NCBI GenBank assembly: GCA_951406725.2
Contig: OX597825.1
Location: forward strand, 34,100,001-34,164,000
Direction of reading: 5' to 3'
Length of the DNA: 64,000 bases
DNA from: Octopus vulgaris
Lineage: Eukaryota
The position numbers were made by a program, and so were the translations under genes. Every line of letters begins with the position of its first letter. Positions within the stretch are counted from its first letter, which is position 1. Positions 1 to 12,750 of this stretch are shown in pieces. The notes beneath the pieces are model-generated. The model did no database searches. It saw only the letters and a program-made list of their open reading frames with translations, and was not told the origin of the DNA.

Positions 1-198
1 AAAAACAGTGGTAACAAGGTGTCAGGTTGGGCTCTGGAGTGAGAAGATCAAGAAGAGTGGGCAGAATAGCAATTGTGAGAGGGAGGTGGGGGGAGAAACA
101 GACAGAGAGAGTTGGGATGCCTTTAATTCTTTTCTAAGACTGAATTAGATAGCAGAAACGTTTCTAGAATACATGTGATATTGCTACATAACATTTGC

Positions 199-506
199 TT
201 ATGACCTTAAATTTTATTCGGTTTGTTGAGATTTGTGAAGAAATGTACAAAATTTTTCTGTAATCTAGGAGAATGATGCTCTTATTTCTTTACTGTCCAC
301 AAGGGGCTACACACAGAGGGGACAAACAAGGACAGACAAAGGATTTAAGTCGATTATATCGACCTCAGTGATATAATCGACTTAAACCCTTTGTCTGTCC
401 TTGTTTGTCCCCTCTGTGTGTAGCCCCTTGTGGACAGTAAAGAAATAAGAGCATCATTCTCCTAGATTACAAATCTCAACCAACCGAATAAAATTTAAGG
501 TCATAA
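199..506. repeat. Near-perfect fold-back inverted repeat (arms ~140-160 bp, 9-nt loop) made of a SINE 3' end plus flanking sequence
   Basis: 199-360 is the reverse complement of 370-506 apart from a ~23-nt extra segment in the left arm; loop 361-369 gacctcagt; inner arm matches the SINE tail at 59735-59818. Confidence 0.9.
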
Positions 507-1792
507 TGCAAGCTGTCAAGTGATATGAACTTTTATTCTTCTCAATCTCACAAGCCCATTAGGCCTAAATTGATCCTTATTTCCATAAAGTTCATGTGAG
601 TGAAAGTAGAAAACTCTTCCTTTAATATGTTGCCAGTCCATTGCAAGGTTAACTGACACCAGTTGCTACTGGCACTTCTTTACGGCTGAATGGACTGAAG
701 CAGACTTAATGCAGCAGTACCCAAAACTTCTTACATGTAGCACACTTAACAACATTTAAATATAAACTGTGCTACATGTTGTGCATAAATAAAGTAATTA
801 TATCCAAAAGAGGTATTTATGATTAACAGCAAGGTATAAAGGCACTGATGTATATTTGCATGTACTTACCTTTCTTTATTCAACAACTGAAGCATTCTAT
901 CCGAGGTAGAACACATATTAGGTAACTTTTTGCTGTTTTCAATGTTTTTGTTTGGATTTATTTGTTATAATGAGACATTCATTCAATCTTCAATGCAACT
1001 AATTCTCTTTCATCTCAGATTTTTTGTGTTATTGAAAGTTGAAAATCACAATTCACTTAATTATGAAATAAAAACTTGCAACAAATCTGAACAGCAATCC
1101 CAAATGATTCCAAATGTACTTTATTTTAATTTTCACCTAATTTCAAACCAGTATCAGATGGAATATGTATGAAAGAAGGTCTAACCATATCATACCATTA
1201 TCCAATCAGGTATGGAAAATAGAAATCAATTTTTACTTACAGCTTACCAAAATAATCAACTGCAATTAAAATTATTGAAAATATTTTCATTTCTACCTTG
1301 AATGATTGTGTTTCCAATATTTAGTTGAGCTTATATTTTTGTCTAACTTACTAATGCATTCTCATCAAAGATATTCACTAAATCTTTCATACATTTTTCT
1401 TTAAAAACGCAAGTAATTTTTTCTGCATTTTAATTCTGTGGATTAGCACCTTACCTTTTAAAAGCAATCTGACTTCTGTCTGTAAAAGTAACCTCCCTTA
1501 ACATGAATTTTAAGGAGATTTGCTTAAACATTTGTGACTTTAATGCTGTACTTTTAATAAAGTGTGGTGAACCAGTATAATCATTATGACCCTGGACAAA
1601 GTGCTTTGAAGTATTTCACTCATATTTACATTTGTGTTCAAATGGTGGCAAGGTTAACTTTGACTTTCATTGTTTTAGGATTAATAAAATAAGTACCAGT
1701 TGAGCCCTTAGGTTGTTCAAATCAATTTAGTCCTTCCCTTGAAATTGCTGGATTGTGCCAAAATTGGACACCAATTATAACTGATAATTTTC

Positions 1793-4313
1793 ACTGTTTG
1801 GTTTAATACTTACATTAACTCAATTTGTAATGCTTCTAAAGCTAGTACCTCTCTATGTAAAAAGCAATGGATGTACACAAAATTTGGATTTTGCTTTTAT
1901 GCAAGTGGTATGAAATGTTTAATGGATCCTACTGTAGAGATACCCCTTGTGTAGATATTCCAACACATGATTACCAATACAAATTCCATGTTTTACCAAT
2001 ACAAATACCATGATTACCAATACTATTCCATTTTAAAATGTTAAAAACACCTTCATCAGCTTACATGGAATGGAAACTTATTAAGCAGCTCAGTGTACGT
2101 ATTACACACTGAAGTGTCAGATTTAATAGGGTACCAGACTGAAAGCTTGGCAGTATTTGTTCTAATTCTCTGCTCTTTGAATTTAAATCCTATTGAGATC
2201 AAACTTGACCTTAATTTTTATCTGTTTGGGGTGAATATAAGAAAGTTACTAATCTGGAGTAGTTGATTGGGAGAATTGTTAGAGAATAGAATGGGATGTC
2301 CCATGCACTCAATTTCTGCCTCATCACAGAAAAATGGTGACATTTTTGTCAGGATTTGTTGCCAATAGATAGTAACTGCAATTTTGGGAAAACAATAGAA
2401 ATGTAATTTCCTGAATTTGATGTTGCCATATGTTTATCAATATGTTGCTAAAATTGAAGTAGATGATGGCACAAGATTTTAAAAAAATAAACAACATTCA
2501 ATTCAGAAGCATACTGCAAATATGCCTAAAACATATATTATTTTAATACATACTATTTGGCTTTAGTTCATTCTGTATTTGTGAATCCATTGTGCTGGTG
2601 GCACTTGGATAATTCCTATCCATAGAGCCTAAAAGATTGTAGATAATTACTTTCAGAAACTGGAGAAAAACTTAAATTCATTACAGGAAAAATCAATATA
2701 TGTCCAAAGATTTTCAGAATATTAAATCTTGTCTTTCATATCAATGGCTGTAATTAAGTGTAGTATAAATTTAACTGTTTGGTTTAATTTCGTTTTTGGA
2801 TTTTGTTTAAAACTTGCTTTAACTCGTAATGTTTTTAAAACTAGTCCCTCTCTATGTAAAAAGCAATAGATTGTCATTGTCGTTTAACGTCCGCTTTCCA
2901 TGCTGGCATGGGTTGGATGGTTTGACTAAGGACTGGTGAGCCAGAAGGCTGCTCCAGGCTCAATCTGATCTGGCAAAGTTTCTACAGCTGGATGCCCTTC
3001 CTAATGCCAACCACTCCAAGAGTGTAGTAAGTGCTTTTACGTGCCACTGACACAGGGGCAATGACAACACTCAGTTCTGGCAATGACCACACTCAATAGG
3101 TGTTTTTTATGTGTTACCTGCATGGGAGCCAGTCTGGCGGCACTGGCAACGACCACACTCGAATGATATACAAAATTTGGATTTTGCTTTTATGCGATAT
3201 GAAACATTTAATAGGGCCTACTGTAGAGGTACCCCATCTGTAGATATTCCAACACATGATTCCCAATACAAATACCGTGTTTTGAGGTTGGCAGGTCACA
3301 TTATCTTGATCACTTGCAATGATGGACATGTCTCTGATATATAAAACATGATTGATAATTGCATAAAATGAATTTGATACAAATTGATTACTTTATTACT
3401 GCTACCAGTAGATTAATCAACCTGCATGGAAAGGAAATTTCTTAATTGCCTCAACCAGATAGAGACAAATGGAGTGCTTATTACATACTGAACTGTCAGA
3501 TTCAACAGGGTACTAGTCTGAAGCTTTCTAGTATTTGTTGCAAATCTTTGCTCTTTGAATTCAAATCCCATTGGAATCAGTCTTGACTCTCATTTGTTTG
3601 GGGTTCATAAAAGAATGTTACAAGTCTCAATTAGGTGTTTGGCAGAATTATTCGAGAATAGGATAGGCTGCCTTGATGTAGCTGTTCCAGCATTGTACAT
3701 TTTGAGCCTAAATTCTAACTCATGAGAAAAAAATGATGACACATCGGTCAGGAGTTGTAACCAATTGATAGTAACTGCAATTTTGGAAAAACAATGGAAG
3801 TGTAATTTCCTGAATTTGCTGTCTCCATATGTTTATTAATATTTTACTAAGATTGAAATAGATAATGGCACAAATTTAAACAAATAAATATCTGATTTGG
3901 TAGCACACTACAAATATGCTTAATATATATATTATTTTGAAACATACCTTTTGACGTTGTATTGTTCTGTATTTGTAGATCTTTTGCGCTTTTGTAACTT
4001 TTATTCCGATCCACAGAGCCTGAAGAATTATTGATAATTAGTGTCAGAAATTGGAAAAAAAACTTAAATTAATTTGATGAAAAATTGATACTATTCAAAT
4101 GACTGCCAAGGTCAACTTTGCCATTCATTCTTTCAGGGTCAACAAAATAAGCACTAGTTGAATATTGGGTTGAATGAAATGGACATATACTCTCCACCAA
4201 AATTGCTGGCCTTGTGCCAATATTAGAAATCAAAATTAAAAATCAATATTATTTCAAAGATTTTCTGAATATTAGTTGTATCTTTCATGTCAATGGTTGT
4301 TTTTACCTGTAGT
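1793..4313. repeat. Old tandem segmental duplication (unit 1 ~1793-2773, unit 2 ~2774-4313 with two later insertions)
   Basis: Shared blocks in the same order: ctctctatgtaaaaagcaat, caaaatttggattttgcttttatgc, gtagatattccaacacatgat, gatagtaactgcaattttgg, gatggcacaa/taatggcacaa. Confidence 0.85.
2872..3165 (-). mobile_element. RTE 3'-UTR-derived short repeat inserted in duplication unit 2
   Basis: gtttaacgtccgctttccatgct...ggatgcccttcctaatgccaaccactcc matches the RTE 3' end at 52200-52360. Confidence 0.8.
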
Positions 4314-4333
4314 ATTATGCTATTGATCTAGAT

Positions 4334-4613
4334 CATAGGTTCTCAAAGTGGGTGCTACCACCCAACAGGTTGGCATTGAGAGGGTCCAGGTAGGCGCTAG
4401 TATCTGAGGGTGTGGTAGAGGAAAAGGAGGCATTGGGAGAAAGGCAGTGGATTGGGAGACTCTTATAATAATATTAAATATCAAATGATTCTTAATATAT
4501 ATAAATTAGTAAAATATAAAGTTTTTATTTTACATAAAAATAGGGGTGGGGATGCTGAGGGTATTATGTGGCCATGAGGTGGGGCAGTGGCCCACAAAGT
4601 TTGAGAACCTCTG
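4334..4613. mobile_element. hAT (Charlie-like) MITE
   Basis: TIRs cataggttctcaaa / tttgagaacctctg; 8-bp TSD atctagat at 4326-4333 and 4614-4621. Confidence 0.85.
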
Positions 4614-4914
4614 ATCTAGATATTTAAACAGAATTTTTATCTTTCAGATGTTACTTGTTTCAGTCTTTAAACTGCAGCCATACTGGGGCACTTCTTTGGA
4701 GAATTTTGGTCAAAGGAATGAACTCCAGTATTTTTTTGCTTTTTAAGCCTATTACTTACTTTATAAGTTTCTTCTGCTGAATTGGTAAGGTATGGGGACA
4801 TAAACACACCAACATGTGTTATCAAGTGGTGATGGGGACAAATACAGACACACACACACGTTGTTATACACAGCCTCTCACACTCTCACACATATACACA
4901 CATCCACACACACA

Positions 4915-7395
4915 CATCTCATCTCATCTCATGGCTTGGCTTTGCGAACGAAGATCAGGAAGGCTGTCCATGTCGCATGCATGCATGCTCATGACTGACA
5001 AGTCTGATATGGGAAAGGCAGGTCCTTGAACAGTGTCCACAGATGAAGATAATATCCAGTGTGGTGTCAGAGGCAGCTCGCACCTTCCTCCTGCGTCTCT
5101 TGTCTTTAAGTGCATCTCTTCTTTGTTCCTCAAACTTGCTGACTGCGTTGAAGATCATGTGGCGCCAGACATCATGGTCCGCAGCCAGGTCTGACCAGCA
5201 TTGGGGGTTAATTTGACATGCTGTTAGAGACTTCTTGAGGCAGTCTTTGTAGTGCTTCCTCGGAGCTCCTCTCGGTTGGTGGCCGGTGGAGAGTTCACCA
5301 AACAGGGCAATCTTTGGAAGGTGATGGTCCTCCATTCTGGAGACATGCCCTGCCCATCGGAGGTGGTACATTAGTAGCATGGCTTCAGTGCTGGGTATCT
5401 CGGACCACTCCAAGACTTCAATGTTTGTGATGAAGTCACTCCAGTGAATGTTGAGGATGGTGCGGAGACATCGCTGGTGGAAGCACTCAAGGAGACAGAT
5501 GTGACTGCGGTAAGTGATCCAGGTCTCTGAGCCGTAGAGAAGAGTGGTGAGAACCACGGCCCTGTAGACACTGATCTTTGTTTTGTTCTTCAGGCCACCA
5601 TTGTGCCAAACACGATTGTAGAATCTGCCAAAGGAGCTATTTGCCTTAGAAAGTCTATTGTCAATTTCCCTGTCAATCCTTGCATCGGATGAGATGATGC
5701 AGCCCAGGTATGTAAACTGCTCTATTGATTTCAGTTCAGTACCGCAGATAGTGACGTGGGGTGGGCGGTATTCCTCTTGGGGTGTAGGTTCGTGAAGTGC
5801 CTCCGTCTTCTTGAGGCTGACCTCCAGGCCAAAGAGCCGCGAGGCGTCTGCAAAGCAGGACGTGATGCGCTGCAGAGCTCGCTCTGTGTGGGTGACAAGG
5901 ACAGCGTCGTCTGCGAAGAGAAGGTCTCGGATCACCCTCTTCTGGGTCTTGGTGTGGGATTGGAGGCGCCGTAGATTGAAGAGACTGCCATCCAGACGAT
6001 ACCTAACATACACCCCATCCTCATCCTACATATCTTCAGTTGCATGCTTGATCATCATGCTGAAGAAGATGCTGAAGAGAGTCGGTGCCAGGACACAACC
6101 CTGCTTCACGCCGTTGGAAATGAGGAAGGGCTCTGACAGGTCAGCATTGAGTCTGATCTGACCACACTGATTCTCATGCAGCTGGATCACCATCTGTAGA
6201 AACTTGGTGGGACAGCCAAGTCGTTCCAGGATGAGCCATAGTCCTGTCCTGTTCATTGTGTCAAATGCTTTTGTAAGGTCGATGAAAGTAGCATAGAGTC
6301 CCCTGTTTTGTTCTTGGCACTTCTCCTGGAGTTGGCGGAGGACGAACACCATATCCGTGGTGCCTCTGTTGGTTCTCAAGCCACACTGCCTCTCGGGGAG
6401 GTTTTCTTCAGTGATGGTTGGTACTAGCCTGTTGAGCAAGATCCTGGCAAGTACTTTGCCGGCGATGGAGAGTAGGGTGATTCCCCGGTAGTTGGAGCAG
6501 TCAGACTTTTCACCCTTGTTCTTGTACAGGGTTATGATGACGACATAAAAAACATCCTGTGACAGCTTGCTCTGCTCCCAGCAGCAGACAAGAAAATCAT
6601 GGAGCTTGTCATGGAGCATCGGACCTCCATTTTTCCAGATTTCTGGTGGGATGCCGTCAACTCCTGCTGCTTTGCGCTCTTGAGTTGTCCTATGGCTTCA
6701 ATCGTTTCTTCGAGGGTGGGTGGTTCGTTGAGCTCCTCTTTGAGTGGAAGTTGAGGAATGTGAAGGCTTTGGAAGTGCTCGGACCAGCTAGCGAAGATGG
6801 AGCTGTTATCGGTGAGGAGGTCTTGTCCATCTGAACTGCGTAGGGGACTCTGGGCCAGGTGGGTGGGGCCATACACTGCTTTCAGAGCCTCATAGAAGCC
6901 TCTATAGTCTCCGAGGTCAGCGCACAGCTGGGTTCTCCACGCCAGGTAGCCCTCTTCCTTGCTAGTAATTCCTGGATCTCCTTGTCATTTTCATCAAACC
7001 AGTCCTTGATTTTCTTCTTTGTGTGCCCGAGAACTTCCATAGATGTCTTAAGAATGGCTGATTTCAGGTTCTCCCACAAGGTGTCTGGTGTGGTGTCATC
7101 AGTGCAGGGGGATTCATCTAATCTTTGCTGCAGGTTTGCTTGGAACTTGATTTTCACTTCCTCCCGGAACAAGCTGTGGACATTGAGTTTCTTTATGGGG
7201 TTACCTTTCTTCTTGGGTTTGGGTTTGAACTGCAGTTTGAGCTTGCAGTGGACAAGGCGATGGTCGGTGTGGCACTCTGCACTGGGCATCACTCTTGTGT
7301 GTAAAACGTCTTTCAGGTCCCGCTGGCGTACAAGCACATAGTCAAGTAGATGCCAATGTTTGGACCGGGATGCATCCAAGTTGTTTTTAGACGGT
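4915..7395 (-). mobile_element. 5'-truncated RTE/BovB-like LINE (end of APE endonuclease, RT, C-terminal Cys/His), frameshifted
   Basis: ORFs 6882-7379 (WHLLDYVLVR..HTDH), 6026-6619 (NYRGITLLS, FIDLTKAFD, GVKQGCVLAP), 4955-6013 (LLFADD, FTYLG); (ATGAG)n tail at ~4915-4932. Confidence 0.93.
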
Positions 7396-7685
7396 CTTTA
7401 TGTATACATAAATACACAGAACAAACACCACTCCACATAGTGCATGCACTGTTTTACTTATACACATACACACACATACTCTCATATGCACACAATTTTC
7501 CCAAGCATCATAATAATACTTGTTGTGCTGTCACTTGTCTTTGTCTTTTGTTTTCTGTACATTTTAACTAATGGCCCTTAATAGTTGTCTTTGTTGATTG
7601 TTTACTCTGTACATCCACTCTGTTGTTGTTCGTTCGTTCAAAACCCTAACTCTTCACAAATTTTATATTTCAAAAATTTCTGGAT

Positions 7686-7757
7686 GCTGCTGTGCATAAA
7701 GTTTTCCTATCGCGTCATTGAAAGCACGAAATAGGGAGTAGTAAAACAGTCAGCAAC
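7686..7757 (+). ncRNA. Hammerhead-like three-way architecture with non-canonical core (GUGCAUA ... AAAA), degenerate
   Basis: Stem I gctgct/agcaac, 7-nt junction gtgcata, helix tttcctat/atagggag, then aaaa-cag-tc; the core deviates from CUGANGA/GAAA. Confidence 0.3.
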
Positions 7758-8059
7758 TGATGAGGAGTGTTACCTTCTTTTGGTATTTTGTCCTTTACTT
7801 GTCTCTAGTTTGTTTACATATTTTTCACTCATTGGTGATGTCCTGTACTTCATGTATACTTTTTATTTATTTATAATCAAACGCCATGAAACCTTGTCCA
7901 TAGTAAGTTCTAACATTTATATATATATATATATATAATTATGCCCATGTTGGCATGGGTTGGACTGTTTAACCAGGGCTGGCAAGCTGGAAGGCTACAC
8001 TACACTCCAGTCTGATTTTACTTGGCTTGATGGGTCTTCTTCTCAAGAACAACATAATT

Positions 8060-8645
8060 CTTTAAAAACGAAAGGCTAAAACGAAATCAATGGAAGATAA
8101 TTTTAATTTAACAATTAAGAAAAAAAAAAAAACAAAAGGCTAAAACGAAAGCAAAAACTCAAAACAAAAACAAAACGAATAATTTTAGACACACACGTAA
8201 CAATTAAATTAATTTAACAATTAAGACAAAAAAAACGAAAGGCTAAAATTTAGGGTTTGGGTTAGGGTGAGGGTTAGGGTTAGTGACAGGATGTTGTCTC
8301 AGTTTTAGACGCAGCAAATGATTTTAGCTCAAAAGAGGGCACAGGATTGGTTAAAATTCAAAAAATTAAACTACATTAAACTTACAAATTACAATTTTCT
8401 CAAGAAAGCCAAGAGAAAAAAATGTTTTATTTTGACACATTCTACCAGTATACGAAGTTTAAAAGTGATTAGTTAACTGGAAATTGTGTTGAAAACTGCC
8501 GTTCAAAAGGAAAAGATCCCCCTTTTTTCCCACCCTAACCCTAATAGAAACCCTAACTCTAACCCCTCCATATATAAAAAAAAACACTGTTTTGAATGTA
8601 TCCGGTACTTACATCGCCCACGTCTTTCGGATTTAGACCTTTTAA
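8060..8645. mobile_element. Non-autonomous DNA-transposon-like repeat with internal inverted TTAGGG/CCCTAA motifs
   Basis: aggctaaaacgaaa vs tttcggatttagacct ends; ttaggg-like run 8250-8283 and ccctaa-like run 8533-8565; block 8433-8519 (gacacattctaccagta..aaaagatcc) recurs at 32504-32590. Confidence 0.45.
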
Positions 8646-9381
8646 GGTCTAGCCACTGATCACAGCGCTACTCAGCCATGTTCCAGTTCCAACGACAGAC
8701 GACCAGCCTGCCAGCCATGCTCCTGCTTCAGCTACGACGACGCTAATGTACACCCACAGCTTTACGTTGTCTCCACCATCGTCGTCTACATCTCCGTCAA
8801 TTTCAACATGTATACATCAACGACTCGACCAAGTTTAACTCACGCTGTTTGTGTGAATCTTTCACCGAGAAGAAACAGTCAGTCTACCAAAAGAACTATC
8901 TATATCAAGAGACTCGGTACGGCATGATAGCCACAACTTCTACACGTGTAGTAACCGGCTCTGCCACATGAGCCACAACATCTTGTTATAGAACTTACTA
9001 TTGTGTAACTCATGAACTGGTAAACTAACTCTATCTTAACTCAATATGCTGAGATGTATCTTATGCTCTGTTCTCTGTTATATGCATGCACGTTTATTTG
9101 TACCTTCTGTCGCACACACGGACACACAGACACAAACACTTGTCGCATGCTCACATACACAACACCTCGCTAACACTCACACACACTCTCATTGTACACA
9201 TTGTAAATAAAGTCCTCTTCTCTCTCAAACAGTAGAACGGCTTGTTGTCATCATTCATTCCTTTGGCACTGTTTTTTATATCCATGTATTTGGCTTTCTT
9301 ATTTATGTTAGGGAACGACCGTGCGGCATTCTAAAGGAGACATTTGTCGCCAACTCCTTACATACGGTCGTTTAACCCTAC
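8646..9381 (+). mobile_element. Possible solo/partial LTR
   Basis: GC-richer block with TATA-like ctatat, AATAAA at ~9206 and 3' end ...ccctaca; 5' TG end not identified. Confidence 0.35.
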
Positions 9382-11545
9382 AAGTGTTTTGGTTTGCAAA
9401 ACAGTGGGCCACGGAAAACTGTGATGTTGTTGGGAAAAAGTGTATTCACATGGATGATGATTCACTGGTAATTAGTGACACCGCAAAACAAGAGGCTTGG
9501 AAGTGCCATTATGAAAGGCTACTAAATGTAATGAACTCATGGGAGAAGGAAAGTCTGCCTACCAATCAGAACAGACAGTAGCATGGTAGATAAAGCCATG
9601 AAGACTAGGAAAGCCCCCAACCTATCAGGAATCACTGCTGAGATGTTTAAAATACCTGACAGTGTTGGTTACCTGAGGAAGTTATACCAAATGACTGGTA
9701 TAGCAACACCATTGTCAGCTGCTCAAAGGTAAAGGCAACAGCTTAGACAGAAACAATTACAGAGGTATCAAATTGTTGCATCAGGCAATGAAAGTTATAG
9801 AGAGGGTTGTAGCCCAACTAATTAGGAAGAGAGTTAGTCTAAATGAGACACAGTTTGGTTTTGTGCCAGGGAGAAGCACCACCTGTGCTATATTTCTGGT
9901 AAGGAAGCTGAAGGAGGAATACTGAGCCAAAAATAAACCTCTATACTTGGTTTTTGTTGATATGGAGAAAGCCTTTGACAGGGTCTCCCACTCTCTTATC
10001 TGGTGGTCAATGTGGAGTAATTAGAGCTGTACAAGCCATGTACAGAGAGGCTCTCAGTAAGGTGAGAGTTGGCAACAATTACTGCGATGAATTCAGGGTA
10101 TGAGTAAGGGTTCACCAATGATCAATCCTCAGCTCCCTCTTGTTCTTCATAGTCCTCCAGGCAATAACAGAGGAATTTAAGTCGGGCTGTCCCTGGGAGC
10201 TCCTCTGTACTGATGACCTTATTCTTATTGCCAAATCACTACCAGAACTAGAGAAGAAATTTTAGGTGTGGAAGCAAGATCTAGAATCAAAGAGACTTAA
10301 AGTTGATTTAGCAAAAACCAAGATCCTAGATCCTAGGAAAGTGAACCAATCACAAATTCCTTCATATAGATGGCCCTCCTCAGTATGTGGAAAAGGCGTA
10401 AGTAGAAACTCCATAAGATGTACAAGCTATGGACACATAAGAAGTGCAGCAATATCAGACGAAGGTTAACAGGGGAAATAGATTTTGAATGTGGAAGGTG
10501 TACAATTACAATAAACACTAAAAATGTTCAGAAAATGGACTTCAGCAAATACCAAGGAGGACACCTAAAAGTAGTTGATAGCATCCATTATCAATGTGAG
10601 CAAGTCATTAGCCAAAGTGGATGCTCTGGGGGAATAACTGATAGAATAAGAATAGGCTGGGCAAAGTTCGGAGAGCTCCTACCTCTGTTGGTAACATAGG
10701 GCCTCTCTTACAGAATGAAAGGCAGTGTGTTTGATGTCTGTGTATAAACAGCCATGCTACACAGTAGTGAAACATGGGCGATGACCACTGAGGACATGCA
10801 TAGGCTTGAAAGAAATGAAGTTAATGTACTTTGCTGGCTGTGCAATGTCAGTGTGCATGTACGACAGAGTGTAAGCATCTTGAGAGGAAAGTTGGGCATA
10901 AGAGGCATCAGATGTGGTGTGCAAGAGAGACAACTTCACTGCTATAGTTATGTGATGCATATGTACGAGGATAGGTGGGTAAAGAAATGTCGATTTCTAA
11001 CTGTGGAGGGAACCTGTGATAGAGGTACACCCAGAAAGACATAGAATAGGGTGGTGAAGCATAATCTTCAAATAGTTGGCCTCATTGAGGCAATGAGAAT
11101 TGACCAAGACCTTTAGTGATGTGTTGTGCTTGAGAAGATTCATCAAGCCAAGTGGAATAGTAGTTGTGGCCAATGCTAGTGTCACATAACTGACACATAA
11201 AATGCACGTGGAATGCATAACTGAACATTGGGCCTCATGGAGGCAATGACAGGTGACCGAGACCTTTGGCAATTTGCTGTGCATGAGAAAACTCATCAAA
11301 CCAAATGAAATCAGAGTTTTGACTGATGCAAGTATCATGTAACTGGGACCCATGCCAGTGACATGTAAAAGGCACCCAGTATACTTTATGGAGTGGTTGG
11401 TGTTGTGAAGGGCATCCAGCCTTAGAAACCATGCCATGACTATAACTTAGTGCAGCTCTCCAGCTTACCAGTTTCAGTCAAACTGTCTAACCCATGCTAG
11501 CATGGAAAGCAGACTCTAAATGATGATGATGATGTAATGATGATA
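9382..11545 (+). mobile_element. 5'-truncated, decayed RTE LINE (PHD-finger family) with 3' UTR and (GAT)n tail
   Basis: Homologous to 62355-64000: [55 protein letters not shown]; tail gatgatgat at 11521-11543. Confidence 0.9.
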
Positions 11546-11562
11546 CACACACACACACACAT

Positions 11563-11763
11563 GAGGGAGTGCTGAAAAGTTCCTGGCTTTGGGTAAGAGA
11601 AAATACCGGAGGATTAGTTAACTAAAATTTTATTCAAAGTATTCCCCTTTCATGCAATGGTCCTTCAGTTTTTCTAAACCCTGCAAAAGACCTTTAAGTT
11701 TGGGCCTCCAGCCAGGCTTTTCAGGAAAGCCTTAAAGCCAGGACTTTTCAGCACTCCACCTCA
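11563..11763. mobile_element. Tc1/mariner-type MITE
   Basis: TIRs gagggagtgctgaaaagttcctggcttt / aaagccaggacttttcagcactccacctc. Confidence 0.75.
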
Positions 11764-11766
11764 TAT

Positions 11767-11931
11767 ATACCCTATTATAACATGTATAAGGAACCCTTTT
11801 GTTTTCAAAAATTAGGTTAAAAAATATGGGAGTTTCTTATATATGGATAGCACAAAACCATTTTCCCAAATTTTAAGCCCCCAAAATTAGGGAGTTCCTT
11901 ATACACGAGGGTTCCTTATAAAATATGGTAT
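11767..11931. mobile_element. Small pogo/Tigger-like MITE
   Basis: Imperfect ends taccctatt..tataaggaaccc / gggttccttata..atatggta. Confidence 0.5.
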
Positions 11932-12559
11932 ATTGATTTGTGGATCTGTTTTTGTGTTTGTATTTGTCCCCTACCACTGCTTGGCAACTAGTGTTGGTTT
12001 GTTTACATAACCATGACTTAGCGATTCAGCAAAAGAGGCTGATAGAATGAATACCAGGTTTAAAAAAAAGTATGTGTTCTGGTTGATTTGTTTGACAGTG
12101 CCCCAGCATGGCCACAATCCAATGACTTAAAAGAGTAAAAGGTAAAACACTCGTTTATATTTTGTTTCATTTTTCACACAAACTCACACACACATATATG
12201 CATGTGTGTATGCATACACACACACACACATGCACACAAACACACATCACACACACAATTATGATAATGCAACTGAAATATAAGAATGTAACATTATGTA
12301 AAACAGAAATGAATCGATGTCTATGTTTTTGATGAGATGAAAATTAATATTTCAAGAATTCATGAATGAAGTTATAAGTTAGAATACTTACTATAAACTA
12401 TTTGCAGGAGAGAAAGTAAAATGAAAATGCAATTCATAATCTGAAAGTAAACAAAATATTTGAATGACTTTTGGGAAATAGAGAAAATATATCACACTTT
12501 ATTGAAAGTCAGATCAGTCACACTCAGTACTCAAAATTTCCCATTACAAATATGTGTAC

Positions 12560-12750
12560 CTTTTCTTTACTACTCTAGACACGAGGCCCGAAATTTGTAG
12601 GGAGGGGGTAAGTCGATTATATCGACCCCGGTATGCAACTGGTACTCAATTTATCTACCCTGAAAAGATGATAGGTAAAGTCGACCTCGGCGGAATTTGA
12701 ACTAAGCATTTTGCCTGGTATGCTAATGTTACTGCCAACTCGCCACCTTA
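12560..12750 (-). mobile_element. tRNA-derived SINE, family A (Nin-like central domain); further copies at ~1630-1780, 4085-4235, 16040-16180, 19393-19605, 21715-21875, 28550-28760, 36610-36795, 37691-37901, 39695-39880, 47873-48075, 59622-59818
   Basis: Recurrent gagttcaaat B-box-like motif plus gactttgcctttcatcctttc.gggtcgataaattaagtaccag core; flanking direct repeat tacaaatatgtgtacct. Confidence 0.8.

Noticed and set aside
860-960. Minus-strand exon ending at a strong donor (AAAG|gtaagt at 870)
   Set aside because: The only open phase is closed ~30 codons upstream and there is no convincing acceptor; cannot be supported
8250-8565. Telomere or interstitial telomeric fusion
   Set aside because: Only a few degenerate TTAGGG/CCCTAA units, embedded in an interspersed repeat
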